Assembly: GCA_965223865.1 (NCBI GenBank)
Contig: OZ245020.1
Coordinates: forward strand, 1,408,001 to 1,472,000
From: Nitrosarchaeum sp.
Lineage (GTDB): Archaea; Thermoproteota; Nitrososphaeria; Nitrososphaerales; Nitrosopumilaceae
Direction: 5' to 3'
DNA length: 64,000 nt
Below are positions 19,891-30,189 of the stretch, piece after piece. Under the pieces are notes generated by a model. It searched no databases. It worked only from the letters and a program-made list of their open reading frames with translations, and was not told where the DNA came from. The translations under genes and the position numbers were made by a program. Every line of letters begins with the position of its first letter. Position 1 is the stretch's first letter.

Positions 19891-20715
19891 TTAGAGCATC
19901 CTGCCAGTTGTTTTTTCATATGCTGTAACGTAACGCATTGTCATCTTTTCAATTATTTCTTGAGGGATTAGAGGCGGGATTGGTTCTTTTCCCTCATTAC
20001 GAGAATCATCAAATTGTTTTTGGTAGCCATTTTCAGTTAACCAATCACGCAGAATTTGTTTGTCATAAGATTCCTGAGTCTTGCCAACTTTATAGGACTC
20101 TTTTGGCCAAAGGCGATATTCATCAGGTCCAATAGAGTCACCCAAAGTAATTTTGCCATCTAAAAGTCCAAACTCAAGTTTCAAATCAGCTAGAATAAAT
20201 CCTGCTTTGTCTGCAATCTCAGACATTTTGTTATAGATTTGAATCGAGGTCTTTTCTAACCACAAGTATTGTTCTTCAGTTACAAGGTTCATCGCAATTG
20301 CTTTTTGTTTGTTAATTGGAATGTCATGTTCAGATTTTGTTGTAGGATCAAAGACGGGGTTTGGGAGTTTTGCAGCTAGAGTTGCATCTGTTCCATCAGG
20401 AATTTTTATTTCTCCTTTTTTCCATCTATTTGCAAAGCTGCCATAAAAGTAACCTCTAACCACACATTCAATTGGAAGCATCTTCATCTTTTTTACTATA
20501 ATTTCAGTATCAGACTTTGTTTTTACAAAGTGGTTTGGAACATCAAGTCTTTCAAACCAAAACTCTGCAAATTTGCATAATACTTTGCCTTTGTTTGGTA
20601 TGTCTTCTTTGAATTTTACATCATAAGCAGAAACGCGATTAGAGAACTTGAAGAGAAAAGTACCATCTTCAAGATCATAGATGTCTTTTACCTTGCCTGA
20701 ACCTACAAACTTCAA
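19891..20715 (-). CDS. purC: SAICAR synthase
   Basis: [38 protein letters not shown]. Confidence 0.95.
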   Translation of the reverse strand: MKFVGSGKVKDIYDLEDGTFLFKFSNRVSAYDVKFKEDIPNKGKVLCKFAEFWFERLDVPNHFVKTKSDTEIIVKKMKMLPIECVVRGYFYGSFANRWKKGEIKIPDGTDATLAAKLPNPVFDPTTKSEHDIPINKQKAIAMNLVTEEQYLWLEKTSIQIYNKMSEIADKAGFILADLKLEFGLLDGKITLGDSIGPDEYRLWPKESYKVGKTQESYDKQILRDWLTENGYQKQFDDSRNEGKEPIPPLIPQEIIEKMTMRYVTAYEKTTGRML

Positions 20716-20810
20716 TGAAGTTTTGTTTTCTTGTTATAATTTAATCATTTTTTATTAAAATAAATAATCAATTTAGGGCTGCAAAAAAGAAACTAAACGA
20801 GTTATCAAAC

Positions 20811-20897
20811 TTGGATGGAGAAGATCTAGAAAAGTATGAAAGATTATTGAACTTGTTAATGGATTTTAATAGCGAAATTAGATTTGTAATGATTTGA
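20811..20897 (+). pseudogene. Remnant paralog of the 30754-31044 (DUF6659/roadblock-like) gene
   Basis: EKYERLLNLLMDFNSEIRFVMI* matches GRYEKLLNMLMDFNSSIRL. Confidence 0.6.
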
Positions 20898-21116
20898 GAT
20901 AAAAATGAAGACTTTATGGAACAAAACATCCAATCCATGAACAGCACAAATTCATTTTTTATAATCCTGGACAGAATTATGAAAATCTGAGATTATGAGT
21001 ATGTGTATAATATTGAAATTTGTTTATTTTTTCCCAAAATAGTAAACAAATACACATTATATGAAAATCATACTTTAATTTCTAGTACATAATAGGGAAT
21101 AAATGGAAGGGAAATA

Positions 21117-21749
21117 TTGATTGAGGAAAATTTAGATAATTCAGAATACAACATGTCTTCATCGGACTATTTAGTTGCATTTTCGGGTCAAACGCAGAAT
21201 TATTGTGTAGGAATGGTTGATATGGCAAATTCAACTAAAATGGCAGCAACTTTAGGTACTGCAAAAATTTCATCATATTACCAAATCTTTCTAAATTCAA
21301 TGTCAAAGATTTTGGGTAGATTTGGTGGTTTTGTGATAAAAAATATTGGAGATTGTTTGTTATATTATTTTCCTGAATCTTCAAAAGCAAATCGAAAATT
21401 TGGATTTATGAGTTGTCTTGAATGTAGTTTAGCAATGATTGAAAATCATGATAATATCTGTAGCGCACTAAACCGAAGTGATCTTCCTTGTGTCGATTAT
21501 CGTATTAGCGTAGATTATGGTTCTGTGGTTTTAATGAGAGCAAACAATTCACAATCTCTGGATATGCTTGGCCCACCAGTGAACATGTGTTCTAAGATAA
21601 ATCATGCAGCTACAACAAATGGAATAGCAATTGGAGGAGATTTGTATACTATGGTTAAAAATTTTAATGATTACAAATTCAAAAAAATTGAAGAGTTTTC
21701 ACTTGGATTCAAGCATTCGTATCCCGTATACAGTATTGAGAGAAAATAA
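21117..21749 (+). CDS. Stand-alone class III adenylate/guanylate cyclase
   Basis: VDMANST, IKNIGD, RIS.DYG, D.LG..VN..SKI. Confidence 0.85.
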   Translation: MIEENLDNSEYNMSSSDYLVAFSGQTQNYCVGMVDMANSTKMAATLGTAKISSYYQIFLNSMSKILGRFGGFVIKNIGDCLLYYFPESSKANRKFGFMSCLECSLAMIENHDNICSALNRSDLPCVDYRISVDYGSVVLMRANNSQSLDMLGPPVNMCSKINHAATTNGIAIGGDLYTMVKNFNDYKFKKIEEFSLGFKHSYPVYSIERK

Positions 21750-21907
21750 TGCCAGATGAACCAGTAAAAAAAGGAAAGGAGATTGAAGAACATTTGAATA
21801 GTGTAAATATGGATCCTTGGTTTTATATTTATGAAAATTATGTCAAAAAAGAATCAAAAGAAGAATTAAACAAAATAAAACAAGATTCTAGTAATCAAAT
21901 TTCATAA
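21749..21907 (+). CDS. 52-aa hypothetical protein coupled to the cyclase (not in ORF track)
   Basis: TAATG overlap; MPDEPVKKG...DPWFYIYENY... Confidence 0.5.
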   Translation: MPDEPVKKGKEIEEHLNSVNMDPWFYIYENYVKKESKEELNKIKQDSSNQIS

Positions 21908-22133
21908 CTCTATACAAATTCATAAAATATTGAGATTTGTTTCAAAATTTTTCTGCCATATGAAATGGTCTTTGTTGTAACTTAGTTTCCTTGCATTTAC
22001 AGGCACATCCTCAAGAATATTCCTGAATCATATAGATTAATGAAGTTCTATTTTGATTTATCTCATGCAAGAACCAAAATGGATTAAGTTAATTGAATAA
22101 ATTTCAATAAAAATTAAATTTCACGTTATTAAA

Positions 22134-22797
22134 CTAAACAGGAGTCTTTGAATACAAAGAAGATACAACTGATTTAGCTATTTTTCTTCTAAAGGAAATC
22201 TTGTAAAATATTAAAACACCGAAAAGCTCCAAATACTCTACAAAACCGACAGTGTAAAAATGCAAGAGCCATCCATCAAGCATTTGATCAATTGATGCAA
22301 TAGCTGCACTCATCTGTGGAAATGCTGTAAGAAAGGCCATAGGAATCATCAAAAAGCCAGAAAACCAATCAGAGGCATTCATATCCTTTGTAGATTCTAA
22401 GACTTGTTCGGTTGATTGTAAAGGAGTATTTTGAATATTTTGAATTTTTAAATCAGAATAAACTGTATTGCCTTGGTCTATTGCAAATATCATGCCACCT
22501 AATATCAAAAGAAGAAATACAGATTCTCCAAAAACTATCAGCCCACGTTTGCCTTTTTGGAATTTGTACATTTGTCTCTCCAACATGGGGCCAAAAAAGC
22601 CTAGCTTTTTCTTCTTTGCAAGTATGATTACTAGAATAGAGATTGCAGATATAACGCCTAGAGATCCCCACCAATTATCTGAAACATATTCAACAAAAAG
22701 AAGTCTTGCAGGTAATAGCAATCCAGCCATTACAGAAAATACAATTAAGGACTCAAAAATGCCTCTCAAAGGTATTTTCCTCGAAGAATTGTTTCAT
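22134..22797 (-). CDS. Multi-TM membrane protein; either TTG start at 22769 or ATG 22797 with a +1 frameshift
   Basis: Hydrophobic ORF; promoter geometry points to ATG 22797 (MKQFFEENT / LRGIFES). Confidence 0.65.
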
Positions 22798-22819
22798 AAT
22801 TGGTAGGTGTGAGCAATGC

Positions 22820-22854
22820 ATATAACTATGGACACTAGATTTAACTAGTGCTAA
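22820..22854 (-). promoter_or_regulatory. TTAGCACTAG-box promoter
   Basis: Distal box 22854-22845, degenerate proximal box 22835-22826, TTATAT. Confidence 0.7.
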
Positions 22855-22971
22855 CTTTTTAGATTATGAAAATAAATTTTTCTTATATTGATGAATTTTT
22901 ATGGATTTTTTTAGAAAAAAGCATCAACAATAATGTGGTTCTTTGAGTTCAAAAGCACCTAATTAGGATGA

Positions 22972-24360
22972 CTATTCCTTGTTTGATATTTTTTTGAAAA
23001 TTTCTTTACTGTATGATGATTCAGATTTATGTTCAATCATAGGTTTGGGATAATCTATATTTTCTGGATATTTTGTATCCAATGAATGAATTACTTGAGA
23101 GGGTAAATTTTCAAGTTCAGCAATCCATTTCTTTATGTAGATACAATCAGAATCAAATTTTTGTTGTTGGAGCCAAGGATTGAATATACGAAACCAGGGT
23201 TGGGCATCACATCCGGTAGATGCTGCCCATTGCCAATTTCCAATATTTACACTAGGATCATAATCCACTAGCTTTGAGGCAAAATACCAATCACCCCATC
23301 TCCAATCAACATGCAGATCTTTAGTAAGAAATGAGGCAACTATCATTCGTACCCTATTATGCATAAAACCAGTGGCATTTAGCTCCCTCATTCCAGCATC
23401 CACTATGGGAAATCCAGTTTTGCCCTCACACCATTTTGTAAATGCTTTTTTGTTTTTACTCCAAGGAATTTTCTGATATTTTTTATTAAATTCTTTTGAA
23501 ATACTATATGGATAATGGTGCATTATGTAAGTGAAAAAATCTCTCCAATGAATCTCAGTTATCAGAGTATGTGTTGGTCCTAACTCTTGTAAAATTTTAT
23601 GATAAACTTCTCGTATAGAGCATGTTCCAAATCTATTATGGGCAGACAGCATAGATGTACCATTTATTGCTGGAAAATTTCTATCATTTTTGTAATTTTT
23701 TAGATTTTTTAGATTATTCATTAATCGTAGAGACGATTTTCTTCCTCCTCTAAAAGATAGTTTATCATTGTTTTTTCCAAGATACGTCTCTAATTTATCA
23801 ATGGTAATCTCTGATTTTATTTTTTGATTTGAAAGATTAGAAAATTGAAAATTTTGTGGTTTTCTTACAGGTAATTCCTTAGCTTTTGAGAAGAATTGTG
23901 TAAAAATTTTGTAGGGTTGTCCTTTTAATGTCTTGATCTCCTCTACATCATGAAGAAGTAAATCATTTGTTGTAATAAAATCAACTTTGCATTTCTTACA
24001 AACTTTCTTTATATTTTCGTCTCTTTTCTTGCTAAAAGGGGTATAATCAGCATTTACAAAAACTGCATCAAGTTTCAACAAGTTAATTAAATTTTCAATA
24101 ATTTTTTCAGGTAATCCAGAAAAAACATGCAAATACGATTTCCTGGTTTGCAATTGTTTGTTAAGGTCCATTAGACATTCATGAAGAAATTGAAGTCGAA
24201 ACTTGCTAAATTTTGGATTAGATTTTTGTGATAATTTTGGATCAAGAATAAAACAAGGAATGGTTTGAATAGAAGATTTGTTTGCCTCAATCAATCCCGT
24301 ATTATCAATCAGTCTGAGGTCACGTCTAAAAAGGAATAATGATTTTTGATATTTCTTCAT
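22972..24360 (-). CDS. phrB: Deoxyribodipyrimidine (class I CPD) photolyase
   Basis: FRRDLR..DN, TS.LS....FG..S.R, G.TG.P.VDAGMREL..TG.MHNR.RM..ASFL.KDL..DW, N.G.WQW.AS.G.D, RIFNP. Confidence 0.93.
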   Translation of the reverse strand: MKKYQKSLFLFRRDLRLIDNTGLIEANKSSIQTIPCFILDPKLSQKSNPKFSKFRLQFLHECLMDLNKQLQTRKSYLHVFSGLPEKIIENLINLLKLDAVFVNADYTPFSKKRDENIKKVCKKCKVDFITTNDLLLHDVEEIKTLKGQPYKIFTQFFSKAKELPVRKPQNFQFSNLSNQKIKSEITIDKLETYLGKNNDKLSFRGGRKSSLRLMNNLKNLKNYKNDRNFPAINGTSMLSAHNRFGTCSIREVYHKILQELGPTHTLITEIHWRDFFTYIMHHYPYSISKEFNKKYQKIPWSKNKKAFTKWCEGKTGFPIVDAGMRELNATGFMHNRVRMIVASFLTKDLHVDWRWGDWYFASKLVDYDPSVNIGNWQWAASTGCDAQPWFRIFNPWLQQQKFDSDCIYIKKWIAELENLPSQVIHSLDTKYPENIDYPKPMIEHKSESSYSKEIFKKISNKE

Positions 24361-24368
24361 TGTTTTAA

Positions 24369-24803
24369 TTATAAAATAAGAATAGGACAGTGTGCATTTC
24401 TAAACACATTCTCAATGGTGCTATGATAATGCATTTTTTCATATGTAGAAGAAAGTTTTGTCTTTGTCATTATTATTAGATCTACGTTGTGCTTTTTAGC
24501 AAAATCAAGTATTAGCATAGATGCTAATCCATTTTTTACAGTTTTAGAACTAAAAGAAAGGTCATGCTTTTTGGCAAGTTTTTCTAATTCTAAATGCTGT
24601 TTTTCAACTAATTTGCGTTCTTTCTCAAACTCTTTTTTGCTTGTTTTTGTTTTGAAAAACCCAAACGTTGGTCGTTCTTCCAAACAGGTAAGAACAGTAA
24701 TCTGGGAATTGGTTGATTGTGATAAAACAAGGGCTTTTTTGAATGCCTTTTGGCTTCCTGATGTTCCATTATAAGGTACCAGTATATGTTCGAAAGTTTT
24801 CAT
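24369..24803 (-). CDS. Universal stress protein
   Basis: ILVP..G...S..A, DLIIM, A.CPIL; upstream of phrB in the same orientation. Confidence 0.85.
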   Translation of the reverse strand: MKTFEHILVPYNGTSGSQKAFKKALVLSQSTNSQITVLTCLEERPTFGFFKTKTSKKEFEKERKLVEKQHLELEKLAKKHDLSFSSKTVKNGLASMLILDFAKKHNVDLIIMTKTKLSSTYEKMHYHSTIENVFRNAHCPILIL

Positions 24804-24955
24804 TGTCTCTTTTCTTTAAGCGCTAGTAAAATAGGATTTGATCTGTCATTTATTCCAATTTTATAATGGTATATAGATATTCACCATAATAGAACTGTTT
24901 AGAGATTTATCTAGAATAACAAATTATTTTACCACTGTAATATTTTTTTCAGAGA

Positions 24956-25231
24956 TTAGACAGTATCTTTATTCTGTTTGTCTCTTATGATTTTTGCAAG
25001 TGTTGATGCAATATTTTTTGCAACATGTTCAGTTGCAACACTGATTTTTTCATCATCTAACTCTTCTTCAATTCTTCCCATTACTGGCTTTAGAATTTTA
25101 TCAATAAAATCGGAACCATAAATTCTGACATATCTATCATAGACTTGGAATGAAGATTTGATGTCTCCCTGTGTTAACTTTTCATATAATTTATCCATGA
25201 ACTGTTTTTCTTTGATTGTGTTTGACACCAT
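24956..25231 (-). CDS. Stand-alone B12-binding cap (four-helix) domain, CarH/AerR-like
   Basis: L..GD, IL.PVM..I, ISVATEH; lacks the Rossmann B12 domain and the usual Trp. Confidence 0.7.
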   Translation of the reverse strand: MVSNTIKEKQFMDKLYEKLTQGDIKSSFQVYDRYVRIYGSDFIDKILKPVMGRIEEELDDEKISVATEHVAKNIASTLAKIIRDKQNKDTV

Positions 25232-25449
25232 TTTAACAAAATTTGCTTGATGTTGTTAAAGATGATCTTAACAGGAATAATTTTCCTTTAAGAATAATGA
25301 ATTATTCCTTTTTTATGACACAATTTTAAAATTAACATACTAGTTCTCATAATTTTCCTGAATTTGGATTCAATGAATAATTGTATATGAAGTAATGAAA
25401 AATTGAAAAAGTCAAAAATTCTTATTATACTGTAATTGGATGGTACTAT

Positions 25450-25884
25450 TTGTTGACAGAAAAACGAATAATGGTAGGTTTGGATGGCTCTAAAGATTCT
25501 ATTCGTGGGCTAAGAACTGCAATTTTGTTTGCAAGACAATCAGACGCCATGATTGTTGGTGTTTATGTTGATACTTCACAAGGGGCAATAAGAGCAATGT
25601 CTGCTCCAAAAATAAAAGAAGAAAAATGGTCAAAGGAAACAAGGAAAGTAATAGAATCTGCCAAAGAAAAAGCCAATATCAGGGGCGTGAAATTTGAAGG
25701 GATAGTTATTGCAGGATATAAGCCTGGAAATGATTTAGCAAATTTTGCAAACAATCGAAAAAATAAGATCGAACAAATGGTTATAGGTTCAAGGGGTTCT
25801 GGATTTCCAAAAGAAAGGTTTTTGGGAAGTACGGCTAACTTTATTTTGCATAAAGCAAAAGTACCAGTTACCGTAGTAAAATAA
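25450..25884 (+). CDS. Universal stress protein
   Basis: IMVGLDGS, VIGSRG, LGSTA, VPVTVVK. Confidence 0.9.
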   Translation: MLTEKRIMVGLDGSKDSIRGLRTAILFARQSDAMIVGVYVDTSQGAIRAMSAPKIKEEKWSKETRKVIESAKEKANIRGVKFEGIVIAGYKPGNDLANFANNRKNKIEQMVIGSRGSGFPKERFLGSTANFILHKAKVPVTVVK

Positions 25885-26019
25885 AATCAAAGCAAGAAAG
25901 TTTAACGAATCAAGATAAATAATACATACTCAAAAATATTAATCAAATTTTCTAGTGCTAAGAATAAGAAATGCAAATGATCCTTTTAACCAAAGAATTC
26001 CAAGTTAATTTGAAAAAAT

Positions 26020-26148
26020 ATGAAAATTAGAATTTCAAATAGATGCTCCACTTGTAAAAAAGAATTTCAAAACATGAAAAATCAGTATTGTTCTATAGTA
26101 TATGAAACGCTAGATATATCTTGTAAGATTTTTAAATATACAAAGTAA
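26020..26148 (+). CDS. Possible Cys microprotein, degenerate paralog of 30078-30188
   Basis: MKIRISNRCSTCKKEFQNMKNQYCS... Confidence 0.35.
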   Translation: MKIRISNRCSTCKKEFQNMKNQYCSIVYETLDISCKIFKYTK

Positions 26149-26221
26149 TAAAAATTTGCATACAATTCAATTTTGCTTTGTTAGTTGATTCAAATAATAT
26201 TAGATAGAATTGATTTTTGTT

Positions 26222-26575
26222 TCAAGATTGAAACAAAAATTCTTTGATATTTGTTTTTGTAATTTGATAATCAGGATTGGCTTGTTGAATAAGTTTTGCA
26301 ACTAGACCCAATGCCTTTTTTACACCATCAGTTTTCTCCGGATCCGTACCAGGATACAATCTTACCGTAGTTTTATCTTTTCTTGTAGAAAGTTCAATTA
26401 AAAATTGTTGATGCAGTTTGTCAATTACTACTGTTGGAATTAGAGCTGTTCTTTTTTCAGTATCTAGAAATACATTGAGCAATTTTATCAGATAGGGTTC
26501 TTTTAGCATAGTTTCCTCAAAGTCCCGCGAAAAAACTTCAAGATCAATTTTTTTATCAAATACTACATGTGGCAT
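26222..26575 (-). CDS. Hypothetical protein
   Basis: MPHVVF...TTVRLYP.TDPEKT.GVK; GGAGG upstream of ATG 26575. Confidence 0.75.
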   Translation of the reverse strand: MPHVVFDKKIDLEVFSRDFEETMLKEPYLIKLLNVFLDTEKRTALIPTVVIDKLHQQFLIELSTRKDKTTVRLYPGTDPEKTDGVKKALGLVAKLIQQANPDYQITKTNIKEFLFQS

Positions 26576-26588
26576 GCTTATTCCTCCA

Positions 26589-26768
26589 TTAAACACTGAA
26601 TAGTTGTCTCTTGAAATCTTGCACAAAAATTGCCAATTTACAACTTTTGCAGGCTAACAAATCTTCATTTTTTGACTTTATTTTCGTAGTTACCAAGACT
26701 AATTCAGGCCTTCTACAGTTAGGGCAATCTGCCACCAAATCTCTTCTGTTTGAGTATTCTAAGTTCAT
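26589..26768 (-). CDS. 59-aa zinc-ribbon protein (not in ORF track), paralog of 59913-60104
   Basis: MNLEYSNRRDLVADCPNC...LLACKSCKLAIFVQDFKRQLFSV*. Confidence 0.8.
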   Translation of the reverse strand: MNLEYSNRRDLVADCPNCRRPELVLVTTKIKSKNEDLLACKSCKLAIFVQDFKRQLFSV

Positions 26769-26789
26769 AATTAGTATAGCTCAAAATAT

Positions 26790-26825
26790 TATTTAACTAG
26801 GGCCAATATTATTTTCTAGTGCTAA
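26790..26825 (-). promoter_or_regulatory. TTAGCACTAG-box promoter
   Basis: TTAGCACTAG-N9-TTGGCCCTAG-TTAAATA. Confidence 0.75.
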
Positions 26826-26885
26826 TTTACTATCAAAAAGATGAATTAAATTTAAAAAAAAATAAAATAGTTTGGCAATTAGTTT

Positions 26886-27470
26886 TCAGTAACTGCCGCT
26901 TTTTGAAGCCCACTCATTCTTTGAAAGGTCAATGCTGGTTCTCAAGGTTTCATTGATTGTTTGTACTGCCTTTCCTATCACCATGGGACTGATTGAGAAA
27001 AATCCCCTGAATCGAGCATCCCCAATATCTTCTGCAACTAGACCAAACGGACCGTATTGCCCTTTGGTTATTACCATCCACATATCTGAGATGTTTGTTC
27101 CAACGCAACTTATTACCTCAGCTGTTTCGGGGAGATTTTGAGCCAAGAAAGGATTGTTAAAATTCCCAACAATCCAAGTTTTCGGTAGATGTTTTAGAAT
27201 TTCGATGTAGCGATCCTCTACATATTTGTAGAGAGACTCAGTCTCAAATGTTGCAAGCAAGGGAGCATTATTTTTCATGGCATATTTTTCCAGCATAATA
27301 CTTAGACGGTAAAGCGACTTCCTTCCTGTTTTGAAATTAACATATCCTGCGTTTATGAAGTCATCTAATGACCAATTCATCAAATCAGAATCATCAGTAG
27401 GATCTCTTTTTGCCAGTGCAGGAAATTTGCTCCAGACTTCATCTATGAAACTTGTGTACTTTAATTCCAT
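26886..27470 (-). CDS. Stand-alone DICT-like sensory domain protein
   Basis: L..LS...E..A, L.ATF, RY..I, W.V, LVAE, F.GF...P..: pattern typical of DICT. Confidence 0.7.
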   Translation of the reverse strand: MELKYTSFIDEVWSKFPALAKRDPTDDSDLMNWSLDDFINAGYVNFKTGRKSLYRLSIMLEKYAMKNNAPLLATFETESLYKYVEDRYIEILKHLPKTWIVGNFNNPFLAQNLPETAEVISCVGTNISDMWMVITKGQYGPFGLVAEDIGDARFRGFFSISPMVIGKAVQTINETLRTSIDLSKNEWASKSGSY

Positions 27471-27490
27471 GACTTAATACCGTTTTTATT

Positions 27491-27528
27491 ATATATATTA
27501 TAGTGATAAATCTCTAAACTAGTGCTAA
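27491..27528 (-). promoter_or_regulatory. TTAGCACTAG-box promoter
   Basis: TTAGCACTAG-N9-TTATCACTAT-AATATATAT. Confidence 0.75.
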
Positions 27529-27584
27529 ACAGTTAAACTGTGAGAATAAGGATACTATTTTACCAATAACAATCCAATTAGATC

Positions 27585-27848
27585 ATGAGACAAATTTTTG
27601 TTGCACTTGTAGTTTGCATTCCTTTAACATTGGCCGCATTATTTATTGTAAATAATGTACTCTCAGATACCTTTCCATTGTTTAGAGAAGATCCAATGAA
27701 TGAATTAGATTTTATCAAGCAAACCTATGAGGCAGGATTAGATCATTGTGAAAACAACTATGATAACGTTGAAAAAATAAATAAAATTGAAGAATATAGA
27801 GAATGTATTGATTCAGTAGAAATATGGTATTTGGAAAATTCAAAATAA
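27585..27848 (+). CDS. Small membrane-anchored hypothetical protein
   Basis: N-terminal TM; Cys pair in the soluble part. Confidence 0.65.
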   Translation: MRQIFVALVVCIPLTLAALFIVNNVLSDTFPLFREDPMNELDFIKQTYEAGLDHCENNYDNVEKINKIEEYRECIDSVEIWYLENSK

Positions 27849-27905
27849 TCAATTTAAATTTCCAATAAAAAAAATTTACTTTAATCAAATTTCAAGTCAA
27901 ATCTG

Positions 27906-29282
27906 TTAAATTGGTCTTCCTTTGTATTGATAGTCAATTACCTTATGAAAAGTATTGTGTGATGCTATAACCGCTAATGCAGCCAATGCAGCCCAAATAA
28001 AGTTTCTAATTGTAATCCATTCGTTTGGCTGATTAATTATTAGTGAAGTATCAAATATGACATAAAAGTTATCAAACAACCAAAAGGCCAAAGTTATCCA
28101 GGATAATACGCCAGCAATGAGAAACCCCAATCTTGTTTTGTTTCTAACAAAAATTATTGCAGCAATTATTGCAATGTACCAAATAACTCCTCCTAAAATC
28201 CAAACAGGTTCAAATATCTCAGGACGGTCATCTAACCAGTAATAAGTAGTTCCAAGAATTGCCATTGCAAATAATGATGCACATAAAAGATTTTGATTGA
28301 TTTTAAACCCAGAACGTTCTTCTCTTGGTGGTGTGGAGGGAGGGTTTTCTAGTATTTCTTTTGTTGCAATATCAATGGCATCCTTAACGGATTTGAGTTT
28401 TAATGGAATGATTTTTGATATAGAATCATCTGTCACCACCGTATCATGAACAAGGCTATCAATTAATGGCCTAGCAAGAGAGGCTTTTACAGGAGTGATT
28501 AAGTCGACCCAGTATGAAGAAAGTCGAGTGGTAAGAAAAGGAATTTGAATAACAAATAGTCTTTTATCTAGATATTTTGCATATACTCGCATTAGTTCTT
28601 CATATGTCATTTTGTCTGAGCCACCAATTTCATAGATATGTCCGGCTGTTTTTGAATTCTCCATACATCCTGTAAGATATTCTATAACATCATCTACTGC
28701 TATAGGTTGTGCAATAGACTTTACCCAGGAGGGACAAACCATCACTGGTAATCTTTCCACCAAATATCTCAACATTGCATAAGAACCCCCTTGAGCCCCT
28801 ATAATCAGGGATGCTCGCAGTTCTGTTACGGGTATTTTTCCAGATGCGAGAATCTCGCCAACCTCCTTTCGACTTTTCATATGTGGGGATAATTCCAGAC
28901 TATCATTAACAAGGCCGCCAAGATAGATTATTCTTTTTACACCAGCTTTGGTTGCAGCCTCAAGAAAGTTTTCAGCCTGAATCATTTCTCGTGAGGCAAA
29001 TTCTTTCCAATTCTCCTTACTGCCTTCCATGGAATGAAGCAAGTAATATGCAATCTCAATTCCACTTAAAGCATCTTCAAGCTGTTTTGAATCAAAAACG
29101 TCAGCCTTAACATATTTTACTTTTGCAGTATCAGGAATTTCTCTTCTAGACATCCCCTTTACATAATATCCTTTTTTTGAAAGATAAGATATTAAACGAG
29201 ATCCAATAAAACCAGTTGCACCTGTAACTAAAATATTGTATTGTTTGTGTTTTTTACTAGTATCAGTTGACTGTTGGGACAT
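27906..29282 (-). CDS. NAD(P)-binding atypical SDR (YbjT-like) fused to a C-terminal membrane domain
   Basis: ILVTGATGFIG, AYYL.HSM, ELRA..I.G, QPIA..DV; about 4 C-terminal TM segments. Confidence 0.85.
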   Translation of the reverse strand: MSQQSTDTSKKHKQYNILVTGATGFIGSRLISYLSKKGYYVKGMSRREIPDTAKVKYVKADVFDSKQLEDALSGIEIAYYLLHSMEGSKENWKEFASREMIQAENFLEAATKAGVKRIIYLGGLVNDSLELSPHMKSRKEVGEILASGKIPVTELRASLIIGAQGGSYAMLRYLVERLPVMVCPSWVKSIAQPIAVDDVIEYLTGCMENSKTAGHIYEIGGSDKMTYEELMRVYAKYLDKRLFVIQIPFLTTRLSSYWVDLITPVKASLARPLIDSLVHDTVVTDDSISKIIPLKLKSVKDAIDIATKEILENPPSTPPREERSGFKINQNLLCASLFAMAILGTTYYWLDDRPEIFEPVWILGGVIWYIAIIAAIIFVRNKTRLGFLIAGVLSWITLAFWLFDNFYVIFDTSLIINQPNEWITIRNFIWAALAALAVIASHNTFHKVIDYQYKGRPI

Positions 29283-29970
29283 TTCTACTTAATCCTTTCA
29301 TTTTTCTTTTTCGTATTATAATTAGGAGGATAATTCCAGGTATTGCAATTAATATGCAGAAAAAGATTGCAATGGAGGAATAATCATTTACTAATATCTT
29401 TGTATCAAGCCATGCTTTAGGCAAAATTGAAAAAAAATCAGTTCCTGAAAAATCTTCTATTGTTCCTATCGCCAAGCTATACTTGCCTGCTTGATTTTTC
29501 TCATCTAACACTATAACAAAATATTTACCCTCAGTAGTAAGTGTGGTTTTTATCTCCTGCCTTTCCCAATATGTTACCTGGCCAAAAGGTTCATAGAATT
29601 CTCTTCCTGGAAATTCTCCATCATACACAACTTTTTCCATGACTGCGTGACTATCCAGTAGAGAACTATCTTTTTCAAGATAACTACCATTTAACAAAAT
29701 GAGAGTGGGTGAATATTCTTCCAATCCTGAAATTTTTGGAACAACTATACTAGCATAAAATGAATCACCAGGTTTTGCATAAAATGAATAGAATTTTTTC
29801 TCAGTTGAGCCCAGATTTTCGTAGACGGCCCAGGAAATTTTATGGTCCGGAATCTCTAAGGCCATCTCTAAACTTCTGTGCGTATCATCGTGACTAATTA
29901 ACTTGTGTCCATATGCGGGACCTATTGAAATAGTTAACAAAACAAAAAGTCCAATTATAATTTTTTTCAC
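29263..29970 (-). CDS. Exported protein with C-terminal TM anchor
   Basis: Signal peptide ending AYG/H, FYEPF, GKY.LAIG..E.F; GTG start at 29970. Confidence 0.75.
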   Translation of the reverse strand: MKKIIIGLFVLLTISIGPAYGHKLISHDDTHRSLEMALEIPDHKISWAVYENLGSTEKKFYSFYAKPGDSFYASIVVPKISGLEEYSPTLILLNGSYLEKDSSLLDSHAVMEKVVYDGEFPGREFYEPFGQVTYWERQEIKTTLTTEGKYFVIVLDEKNQAGKYSLAIGTIEDFSGTDFFSILPKAWLDTKILVNDYSSIAIFFCILIAIPGIILLIIIRKRKMKGLSRNVPTVN

Positions 29971-30020
29971 ATGAATAATATTCAGAAATAGTATTTTAAT
30001 ACCACTAGAACCTTCGCTGG

Positions 30021-30060
30021 TTAGCACTAGTTTCAAACTAGAGTAGTGTTCAAATATAAA
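30021..30060 (+). promoter_or_regulatory. TTAGCACTAG-box promoter
   Basis: Perfect box 30021-30030, TCAAATATA at 30050, ATG 30078. Confidence 0.65.
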
Positions 30061-30077
30061 AAAAACAAAACATGATT

Positions 30078-30188
30078 ATGAATTTAATTTCAGTCCAAAA
30101 ATGCAGTAAATGTAAAAAAGAGTACCAAGATTGGTCCTGCGATTACTGTTACACAAAGTATATGATTAAACTAGTGGAAGTGAAATGA
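30078..30188 (+). CDS. 36-aa CxxC-CxxC microprotein (not in ORF track)
   Basis: MNLISVQKCSKCKKEYQDWSCDYCYTKYMIKLVEVK*; ends 1 nt before the next ATG. Confidence 0.7.
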   Translation: MNLISVQKCSKCKKEYQDWSCDYCYTKYMIKLVEVK

Positions 30189-30189
30189 T

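Noticed and set aside
21940-22031. In-frame TGA in MIQEYS*GCACKC (minus strand), and at 20895, as selenocysteine
   Set aside because: No SECIS or Sec machinery evident; both look like decayed fragments or chance ORFs.
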